Assembly: GCA_050084985.1 (NCBI GenBank)
Contig: JBITNC010000001.1
Coordinates: 65,286,001 to 65,350,000 of the forward strand
Origin: Nageia nagi
Lineage: Eukaryota; Plantae; Pinophyta
Direction: 5' to 3'
Length of the DNA stretch: 64,000 nucleotides
The notes beneath the pieces are model-generated. The model was not told where the DNA came from, did no database searches, and worked only from the letters and a program-made list of their open reading frames with translations. This document shows positions 1 through 8,768 of the stretch, piece after piece (position 1 is the first letter of the stretch; each line of letters opens with the position of its first letter). Made by a program: the position numbers and the translations under genes.

Positions 1-654
1 GAAGGTATAAATTTCCTCCTTCTTGGTTATTTTTTGGATTATTGCATTATCCTACTAACATATTATTTGTTATGTGTTAGTTTTTTTTTTAAGCAAAATA
101 TGATCAAAATAGCATTATAATGATTTTTTTTTATAGTAACCTCTCATGTTAGTTGTAATTTGTTTTAAAACAATTGCCTAATATATTGACATATTTTCTA
201 TTTAGGAGGATAGTATACAAAATATTTTTACCTTAAAAAGTTATTTTTATCCTTTTAAGCTTGCTTAAAAATAAAGGGTTACATTTTTTTACAAAAATAT
301 ATATGTATTTTTTGTTTAAATACGCTTTCATTACACAAAAATTGTATAAAAATATTAAAATAAAGATTTATTTCTCTCTACAATTCATATTTATGTATTT
401 CCATCTAAAAATATTTTTGCAATATACAAGTAGTGATGTCTAATTTTTTTTTTGAAATAAAGGTGACTTTTGAAAATTATTTTTTTTGAAATTAATTCAA
501 ATAAGGTAGCTTCTTATGCAAGTTTCCTCTCTCCTATGCAGCTCCTCCATCCATCGCTTCACCCTCCCACTCTCCTCCTTGTTGTTGGCTTCCTAACCCT
601 TGACTCCATCTGCTACACCCTCCTATCCCTCTCCCATCCCTCCTTTTTTTTTTC

Positions 655-915
655 TTCATGGCATGCTTTAAGGATAGCAGTAAAGGTAAATTGATTTGGT
701 TGCCACCCCCCTCATGGCCATCTACGACCTTCCTTTATTGCTCAAGTTTTTCATGCACCCTCTACTACTATGTGATCATTGTTTGCTTTGATCAATTGGA
801 AAGGTGAATTGATTTGGTTGCCCATTGATTGGCCTCCCTCTCTCTTTGTGCAGCTCTACTCATCCAATGCTTGAACACTTTTCCTCCAAATCTTTGTTTT
901 GCACATAGCCCTAGT
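655..915 (-). pseudogene. Captured PPR-gene fragments inside Copia leader (antisense to element)
   Basis: Minus strand reads (G)VQPNQFTFTAILKAC (~661-710), QPNQFTFP (~797-820) and GYVQNKDLEE (~882-911), all typical of plant PLS-class PPR motifs. Confidence 0.6.
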
Positions 916-1611
916 CTAAAGGCCAAAATCTAGGTCATGTGGGTTTATCTTTACATAGGCTATATTTTTTCAGCCCTAGAGTGTCTCATCTCCACCTTTG
1001 TGGCCTCCTTCTCCACTATGACTCCTTGTCATGACTCTTCTCTCCTAAATGTATGTGCCTTTCCTTGATTGGTTTCCTTTTTTTGGTTTAATCCTTGCTC
1101 CAAGCCTAGTGTCCTTATCCAAAATTTATTAAGGGACATGAAGAGTCCTTGTCATCTTTTTTGTTAGGTAAAGTCTTTAATTTTTTTTTTGAATCTTATA
1201 CACTTTCTTCCTTTAGTTGATGTCCTTCTCATTTAAGACTTTGACTTAGAGTGAAGTAAGGTTTTCACCTTGACCTTTAATCTCTTGCATATAATCCTCT
1301 TTTTTTTCAACCATTTAATGCTTGGAGGATTTAATGACTTTTTTTTATAAATAGAAATTTATTTTACAATAATGGTAAGTATCTTTAGTGTTAATTATTT
1401 AATTAAAATTAAAAGTAGTTTTTTTAGATCAACTTGATCAAATTCAAAGTATAAAAAGGAGGAAAAGGGGGAATATTTGTTTTTAATGCAAGTATTTTTT
1501 TAATTTCTTTAGTTAAAATTATAAGGTCAAAATTAGTATACTATATTTAGGGGATATTTTTTTTAAGTAAAAGAGGGGAATTTTGTTTAAAATTTACTTA
1601 AAATATTTATC

Positions 1612-1790
1612 TAGATGATGCATGCTTAGGACTTCAATTTTTTTAATGATGCATGCTAGGACTTAAATTTTTTAAGTTAATGATGCATGCTTAAGACTTA
1701 AAATTTTTTAAGCTAATGATGCATGCTTAGGACTCAAAGTTTTTAAGTTTATGATGTATATGACCTAATTCCTTAAGATGCATGCTTCTT
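1612..1790. repeat. ~33-36 bp imperfect tandem repeat (ATGATGCATGCTTAGGACTTAAATTTTTTAAGTTA), ~5 units
   Basis: Units are directly visible; a degenerate homologous array lies at ~6865-7030 in copy 2. Confidence 0.85.
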
Positions 1791-1924
1791 ACTTATTAAG
1801 TATTTATACTTATGCAAAGTTAACTTATGAAAATCATGGAATTAATGCATATTTATGCATAAGTACTTATCATTTTTTTTTGTAAAGTTAACTTGTGCAA
1901 AATATGGACCTATGAAAAACATCC

Positions 1925-2493
1925 TTTAGGGGTTAGTAAACAAAACCCATTGGACTCTTAAGGTTTCAAATTTTGAATAGATGATGTTTTACTTATACTC
2001 TTTACTTCATATTTTGTATTTTGATTTATTTTCTTATGCAAATATTGATATGAGCAACCCCTAAAATGAACACATCCACACGTACATTCTATAACATGAC
2101 TTGTTTGGGGATCCATGAGGTGAGGACAAGCAGACTAGAGCCTTTAAGTTCGATGATCCAAATGGTGAGAAGCCCATACTTCTCAATTATCTTTAGTTCT
2201 TCTATTGGTCTGGACATAACTCTAATAGGTGGATAGGAATGTGTGTAGCGATACCACATATCTGCACATCTATTTAAGGATTATTCTGACAACCTAGGAG
2301 GATAACTTGAAATAATAATTAAGATTAATAATTTGGTTGATATAATAAACATCATAATCTTGAAAAATAGTAGGTACTCCTTGTTAGAGTATAATACTAA
2401 TCAAGGAAAATTAGTTAAGAATTGGTAGTACTTGGGCTCTTCTTAGTGGGCATATAGGTGAAGGCCTAATTTTTAGATAAGAAAACAAGCCTC
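1925..2493 (+). ncRNA. Conserved structured cis-RNA in Copia leader, copy A
   Basis: Much better conserved with 7098-7665 than the flanking leader. Paired segments TTTAGGGGTT/AACCCCTAAA, a GCGA tetraloop at 2248-2251, and a TAGGT-GAAG-GCCTA hairpin at 2455-2468. Confidence 0.65.
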
Positions 2494-2677
2494 AACAATG
2501 TTACTCTACATATATGATTCTTGGTGATGACAAAAGTATTTGGGTACATGGGATGTATATTTGAGTTGTAAAATATTTGCACTTGTAAATCAAATCAAGC
2601 ATATCTTAGTTAAATGTAACATGTAATATTGTTTATTAAATCACATGCTTATTATTTTTCACATTCTTATGTAGTAA

Positions 2678-4429
2678 ATGAGAGAATATTTTTAATTCAA
2701 ACACATTCTTGATAGTTCCAACTTTGGTATTTTGGAACCTCAGATGAGAGCTGAATTATAGGTAAGGAAGCTTTGGTAAACAGTGAGTGAGAACCTTGTA
2801 CCTCCTATAGATGAGAAGGTATTAGAGGCTTACAACATGAAGAATGAGTTGGTAAGCTCCATGATCTTCTATGCAATTTTAGATGATGTGCTCTTGATGA
2901 TTTCCTTTTCAACCTTGGTAAAGGAAGCTTAGGATAAGCTTAAGCAAATCTACCTTGGTTTAAACTTTTCAAGAAGGTTTACCATTATCTAAAATTTGCT
3001 TCAATCTTATCAAGGGGAAGATGAAAATGTGGCTATCTACTTGAATAAAATCATTGACCTAAGGACCCAACTTGTTATTTGTGGATGCAATTGGATCAAT
3101 GATGAGTTTATGGTCTTTATAATTCTCTAAAGCCTTTCCTCAAAGTTTGGTAACTTTATGACAGTTATGGAAACAAGGCTTGATGATGAATAAGAAGTCT
3201 TCTTCTTTGAGAACCTCTTTAGGCTCCTTTTGAATCATGAGGAAACCTTTAACAAAAAGGTGTTGATTGCTTCTTCTAAGGATAATAATGTTGCTCTTGG
3301 AGCAACCAAAAACCTTTCAAGGAGAAGTTCAACCATCAAAAGAAACCTTATTCTTCTTCTTCTAAAAGGTTTGAGAAAAGAGGTAATGGCAACAACAACA
3401 ACAGGAACAACAACAATAATAGCAAGAACAATAGCAACAATAACCACTTCAAGCAAAGAGATGGAAAAGACAAAAAAAACAATCCATATCTTAAGGAAAT
3501 ATTTTATGATAATTGTAACTATTGTGGTATCCAAGGTCTCAAAGAAGTTGATTGCTATAAAAAGAAAAGAAAGGAAAAAAAACAAAGGTAATAGAAATGT
3601 AAAGAACTTTAAAGGAAAGAAGAATATTTGAGCTAGTTTTGCTATGGTGCTCTACTCTATGTCTAGCATTTTTTTATCTAATTGGATTGTTGACTCTAGG
3701 TTGCACTAATCATTTATGTTTCAAAAAGGAAAATTTAGAGAACTTTCACAAGTATAGAAAAGATTTAATTGTGATAAATGATAAATCTACCCTTGAAGTC
3801 CAAGGAATTGGAAGTGTTGATTCATGGGAAGGTTCTTGATAATGTGCTCTATATTCCTAAGCTTAGGATGAACCTTCTCTTTATGATCCAAGTTACTAGA
3901 AAAGGCTACTTTTTGTGTTCAACTATCAATTCTGGTGCATTAAGAAAGGACTTGCCACTTTGTTTAAAGGATCAATGAAAGATGATCTCTACATTGTAGA
4001 TCAAGTTTTATCAAAGATGTGTCTTGCTACAAATGTGTGTTCTAGAGGTAATCTTTGGCACCAACATTTAGGGCACCTTAACCATAAGAGTATTCATATT
4101 ATGAAAGACCAAAAATTTATGGAAGGTTTGCCTTCATTTTCTTCTTCAATTGGTCTATGTAAAAAGTGCATTCTTGGCAAGATGCATAGATAAAGGTTTC
4201 AAAAAGATAAGGCAACAAGAGCACCTCAACCTCTTCAACTTGTGCATTCAAATTTCATGGGTCCATTTGAAACTAAGTCACTTGAAGGAGCATCTTATAT
4301 CTTGATCTTCATTGATGACTTTATTAGAATGACCTTTAGGTATCTACTTGAGCATAAGGATCAAACCTTTGAGAGTTTTAAGATTTTTAAGGCCTTTACT
4401 AAGAATCAAACTACCTTTAAAATCAAGAT
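2678..4429 (+). pseudogene. Copia gag-pol (gag, protease, partial integrase), with multiple stops and frameshifts
   Basis: ATG at 2678 sits at the same position as 7800 in copy 2. ORF fragments 3230-4429 match the copy 2 proteins. Confidence 0.9.
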
Positions 4430-4529
4430 NNNNNNNNNNNNNNNNNNNNNNNNNNNNNNNNNNNNNNNNNNNNNNNNNNNNNNNNNNNNNNNNNNNNNNN
4501 NNNNNNNNNNNNNNNNNNNNNNNNNNNNN
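4430..4529. other. Assembly gap (100 N)
   Basis: Run of N. Confidence 1.
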
Positions 4530-4654
4530 TTTAGAGTAAGATTACTCTACTAGTTTGTGTAGGAGAGAAAGGAATTATTGTAAGAGGGTGCATAGATTGA
4601 GAATTGAGATCTAGTTGTGGATGTACTCCCAAGGAGGGAGGAATCACATTATAT

Positions 4655-4667
4655 TGGTATCAAGAGC
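4655..4667 (+). promoter_or_regulatory. Primer binding site (initiator Met-tRNA), with 1-nt insertion
   Basis: TGGTATCAAGAGC versus canonical TGGTATCAGAGC, directly after LTR-like sequence; positional equivalent of 58036-58048. Confidence 0.8.
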
Positions 4668-5349
4668 TTGGTGTGAAAGTTGTTCTTCTTGGTGTGAAAG
4701 CTTTTCTTTTTGGTGTGGAAGCTACATCTTGGTGATCCTTCTTCATTCCTCATCTTACACCCCATTGGTGAGGTAAAACTAAGAGAAGGTATAAATTTCC
4801 TCCTCATTTGGTTATCTTATGGATTATTACATTAGATACTAACATATTTTATGAGATATTGAAGCTTATTTTTGCAAAATATGATCAAAATGGCAATGCA
4901 AGCAATTTTTTCCCATACTAACCTCTTATGTTAGTAGCATTTTTTTTACAAAATGCTTAATACATGATATACCTTTTAAGAGGATACTATGTAATGCAAA
5001 TATTTTTACTAACATTTTGTTTGTTAGTAGCATTGATTAATAACTCTATTACAAGCATTGCCAAGGTGTAATATTTACATAATACTTTATTTTTTCTCTA
5101 AATTTTTTTATTTTTGCAAAAATTTTAATGCAAATAGAGGGAAATAATTTTTAGAGGCAATTTATTTAAATTTTAAAGCAAATATGGGGAAAAAGTTTTT
5201 TTTTAAGATGTAATTTATTAAAAAATAAAAAAAAAGAACATAGCCACCCCTACAGACTCGCAGCTCCTGCCGCTTGGCCTCCCCTGTCGCCTCCTCAGCA
5301 CCACCGTGCCAATCACCACCGTGGGGCTAGACTGCTATTAGATTTGGAG

Positions 5350-5482
5350 CTCGAGGAAGAAGCACCAGATGAAGGGTCGTCTCCTTCTAAATGTTGTAGT
5401 CAGTAAGGGTTTGTCCATCTTCCATCTCCTTCCCAGCAAATATTAACCTCTGCTGATCAGGAGGGATGCCCTCCTTGTCTTG
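5350..5482 (-). pseudogene. UBQ: Captured ubiquitin fragment (residues ~31-71), antisense in Copia leader
   Basis: Translates [40 protein letters not shown], 35/41 identical by my count to plant ubiquitin 31-71; CAG>TAG stop at 5387-5389. Confidence 0.95.
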
Positions 5483-5659
5483 ACGAATCACAGGATAAAC
5501 ATAAACTCGTGCTTATTAAATGTTGCAACTTTTTCAAAGCGGAGTCCGTGTATGTTTGTTTGAGATCATGAAATTCCCCCCTTTTTTGAACCTATGTGTA
5601 TTATTTCTCCAAGCCCCTTCAGCTTAGCTTCAATTAGTTACAGTTTTCACTACTTGAAC

Positions 5660-5823
5660 TGTGGAGCAGGCATTTCACAAATCTATCTACTTTTGGATCG
5701 GAGCATAATCTTGCTGCAAAATTCATGGCAGAAATGATGCACTGCTCTGTCTGTCATGTATTTGATAGAGCACTATCCATTCAAAAAAAAATCCATGGTG
5801 AGAATGAATTCCACAGTTCCTGA
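5660..5823 (+). pseudogene. Possible captured TPR (kinesin-light-chain/NPHP3-like) fragment
   Basis: Reads ..NLSTFGSEHNLAAKFMAEM..FDRALSIQKKIHGENE, resembling the 'RALxIxxKxxGxxH' TPR motif; degenerate. Confidence 0.35.
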
Positions 5824-5933
5824 GCTTCATTACGAGGCACAAACTATCATCTTTTGGGAAAGAAACTACCGCACTCTGAGCTATGCACATGACCCTCCAC
5901 TCGTTGTGCACGTAACCCTCCACTTTAATGTCT

Positions 5934-6128
5934 ACTCTCCAACACCATGTCATGTTTGGCGTGGCCGTACTAGAATAGCATCGGTAGATTGATCTGCAGT
6001 ATTTCATACACCGTGGAGCACACCAATGCCATGCTCTCTAGCATTGTAATGTTTAGCTGCCCCCCATTTGCTTTGATCGCATCTCGAACTTCATGTGCAA
6101 GATCGAGGTGGAGCTCTTTGCCCGCGAC
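5934..6128 (-). pseudogene. AOS: Captured CYP74 (allene oxide synthase-like) fragment, antisense in Copia leader
   Basis: Translates AGKELHLDLAHEVRDAIKANGGQLNITMLESMALVCSTVYEILQINLPMLF*YGHAKHDMVLES. This matches the CYP74 J/K-helix region (H.RLA.EIR..IK.NGG.L....EKM.L..SVVYE.LR..PP...QYG.AK.D.VIES). Confidence 0.88.
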
Positions 6129-7097
6129 CATCTCAAACATCTACTCTTCTCCCTACCGTAGCCCTCTTCTTCTCCCTTTGCATCTTCTCCTTGACATTGC
6201 CCTCCTTGTCTTTGTGCATTTAATTTTTCTTTATGCATTTAATTTTTGTTGACTACTTTTTACCTTCTTTAAATGCATTTCCAAAAGCAACGTATGCTCT
6301 TCTTGGTAGAAGAAAAAGGGGGGGTCATTTTTTTAAGTACAAACATTCATTTTTGACTTTTTTGGAATGCTTTGGTAAAATAGCATTAACTATGCATGGG
6401 TCACCTTCTTTTTCATTAATACTTGCAAGCTCTCTAGAAGCAAACGTATACTTTTTGATAGGCATTTAATATTTTTGCTTACTTACAAGTCATTTGTTCC
6501 TATTAAATGCACTTAGAAGTACTTATACTCCAACTTTAAGCATTGACTATAATACTTTAAAGTAAGTAGATACATCATTACTCTTCAATGCAATTCCAAA
6601 TTTTTTTTGTGGCACATGGAGGATATTTTGGAGTATAATTTTTTTCTCTAAGTATGGTAATTTACTTAGGCAAAACGTTTTTAGTAAATTTTTTTTGCTA
6701 AGGTAATCTAAGTATGCTATTTTTAAGTAAACAAGGGAAATTTTTTACTTAAAGTATAAATGCATACTTAAAAGACAATTTTTTTAGCATACAAGTTTTA
6801 GGGATAAAACTTTAAGTAAAAAAGGGGGAATTTGTATAATTTTTTTTTACTTAAAACTTTATCTAGATCTTGCATGCTAAACTTGTAATGCATGCCTCTT
6901 ACTCTTGTGTAGGAATGAAGCATGCTTAGTACTTAAAATTTTTAAGTTAAATAATGCATTTTTTAAATGATGCATGTTTATTACTTAATTTTTTAAGTTA
7001 TGGATTAATGCTAAGTAGGACTTAGCCTTTTTTAAATTCATTAAAGTGTTGAATGAATTTATGAACTTGAGCAAGTATGCAAAATGTAAAAATGTCC

Positions 7098-7665
7098 TTT
7101 AGGGGTTAGTACAAAACCCATTGGACTCTTAAGGTTTCAAATTCTTGTGGATGATGTATTTTTAATACTTTACTTTATATTTTTGCATAATTGCTTTATA
7201 CTTGCAAAATGCAAAATATTGAAAGTAACCCCTAAAATGAACACATCCGCACGTACTTTTCCACAACATGACTTGTTTGGGGAGCCACGAGGTGAGGACA
7301 GGGCAGACTAGAGCCTTTTTAGTCCGAAGAACTAAGTGGTGGTAAATCCATCTTAATTACCCCTAAGACCTCTGTTGGATTGGACATAACTCTATTAGGT
7401 GGATAGGCATGTGTGTAGTGATACCACATGTCTGCACGTCCATTCAGGGATTATCTTGATAACCTAGGAGGAAAACTTGAAAACCTTAACAAGATAATTA
7501 AAATGGCCGATCTAAGATACGTCGGATCCTTGGAAAATAGTTGGTACTTCTCCTTGAAAGAGTATATTACTGACCAAGGTGAATTGGTTGAGGACTGGTA
7601 GTACTTGGGCTCCACTTTGCAGGCATCTAGGTGAAGGCCTAATTCTATACAAGAAAACAACCTCA
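7098..7665 (+). ncRNA. Conserved structured cis-RNA in Copia leader, copy B
   Basis: 11-bp pairing 7098-7108/7226-7236; GTGA tetraloop stem (7418-7421); ATTATCTTG/CAAGATAAT; TGACCAA/TTGGTTG; TAGGT-GAAG-GCCTA at 7628-7641. Confidence 0.7.
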
Positions 7666-7799
7666 ACTTTATCCTTCTACGGATCTTGGTTTATAAGTTT
7701 GCACATGTGGGACATATTTACTTATCAATGTTTGATTTGTATAGATGGTAAATTGTAAAAATTTATTCATTCTTCTTGCTTATTTACTTTTATGTAGCA

Positions 7800-8768
7800 A
7801 TGGTTGAAACCTTCATACCCAAGCATATACTCGATGGTTCCAACTTCGGCATATGGGAACCTCGTATGAAAGCTGAGTTACAAGCAAGGAAGCTATGGCA
7901 GACAGTTAATGAAGACTTGGTCGCTCCTACAGATGAGAAGGCTCTTGAAATCTACAACTCAAAGAATGAGTTAGCAACTTTAATGATTTATCGTGCAATT
8001 TCAGATGATGTACTTCTCATGATCTCTTCTTCAACATCAGCAAAGGAAGCTTGGGATAGGCTGAAGAAAATTTACCTTGGGTCAAAATTTTCAAGGAGGT
8101 TCACCATTTTACAAAAGTTGTTGCAATACCATCAAGGTGAAGATGAAAGTGCTTCTATTTACTTGAACAAAATCATTAACCTCCGGACACAACTGGTTGG
8201 CTGTGGGTGCAACTGGATCAATGATGAGTTCATGGTCTTCATCATTCTTCAAAGCCTTTCTACAAATTTTAGTAACTTTATCATGGTTATGGAAACTAGG
8301 TTCGATGATGAAGAAGATGTCATCTCTCTTGATAACCTTTCTAGACTCCTTCTAAAGCATGAGGAAACTTTGAATAAGAAAATGTTGAACTTTTCTCTAA
8401 AGGACAATAACATTGCTCTAGGAGCAACCAAAACTCCTTTCAAGAAGAAGTTCAATCATTATAAATTCAAAGATAACAAATCCTCATCTACCTTCAAGAA
8501 GCATGAGAAAAAGGGCAACAATAATGGCAACTTCATGCAAAGGAATGACAAAACTAGATCAAGCAATCCAACACCTAAGAAAAAGTTTGATGGAAATTGT
8601 AACTTTTGTGGTATCTTTGGGCACAAAGAGTATGATTGTCGTAAAAAGAAATTTGCTCAAAAAGGTAAGGGAAATGCAAATATGAAAAATTTCAATAATA
8701 AAAAGAAGACCAAGCATGCTGCTACGTACTATTGCCTACTACTCAATGACTCAAACTATTTCAAATGA
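7800..8768 (+). CDS. Copia Gag (UBN2-type domain, CCHC zinc knuckle)
   Basis: Open ORF with LDGSNFGIW..M, SAKEAWDRL and CNFCGIFGHKEYDC; ends after a frameshift at the gag/PR junction. Confidence 0.88.
   Translation: MVETFIPKHILDGSNFGIWEPRMKAELQARKLWQTVNEDLVAPTDEKALEIYNSKNELATLMIYRAISDDVLLMISSSTSAKEAWDRLKKIYLGSKFSRRFTILQKLLQYHQGEDESASIYLNKIINLRTQLVGCGCNWINDEFMVFIILQSLSTNFSNFIMVMETRFDDEEDVISLDNLSRLLLKHEETLNKKMLNFSLKDNNIALGATKTPFKKKFNHYKFKDNKSSSTFKKHEKKGNNNGNFMQRNDKTRSSNPTPKKKFDGNCNFCGIFGHKEYDCRKKKFAQKGKGNANMKNFNNKKKTKHAATYYCLLLNDSNYFK

Larger units (their letters stand above)
1..4429 (+). mobile_element. Ty1/Copia LTR retrotransposon family A, copy 1 (5' LTR outside window, 3' end lost in gap)
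   Basis: Bases 1-230 align with 4785-5010 of copy 2. The gag/PR/GAG-pre-integrase/INT remnants (WIVDS..CTNH, LWHQHLGHLN, HSNFMGP, FIDDF) are colinear with copy 2. Confidence 0.93.
4773..7797 (+). other. Putative ~3-kb intron in the Copia 5' leader
   Basis: Paired donors AG|GTAAAA (4772/4773) and AG|GTATAA (4788/4789) are conserved in copies 1 and 4. A pyrimidine tract plus TGTAG| sits 2 nt before the gag ATG (7797) and is conserved at 2674. Confidence 0.6.

Noticed and set aside
2056-2065. AACCCCTAAA / TTTAGGGG as telomerase RNA template or telomeric repeat
   Set aside because: It has four C/G rather than the three of TTTAGGG, occurs as a single unit, and is explained as a stem pairing within the Copia leader.
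7098-7665. Group II intron, rRNA or tRNA identity for the structured region
   Set aside because: No GUGYG 5' end, domain V, cloverleaf or rRNA motif recognised. A short CTTTGCAGGCA likeness to a picornaviral IRES is not conserved in copy A.
3235-8455. Antisense ORFs over gag (3235-3585, 8249-8455) as a conserved antisense gene
   Set aside because: Short, different frames/extents, and low-complexity mirror translations of Lys/Asn-rich gag.
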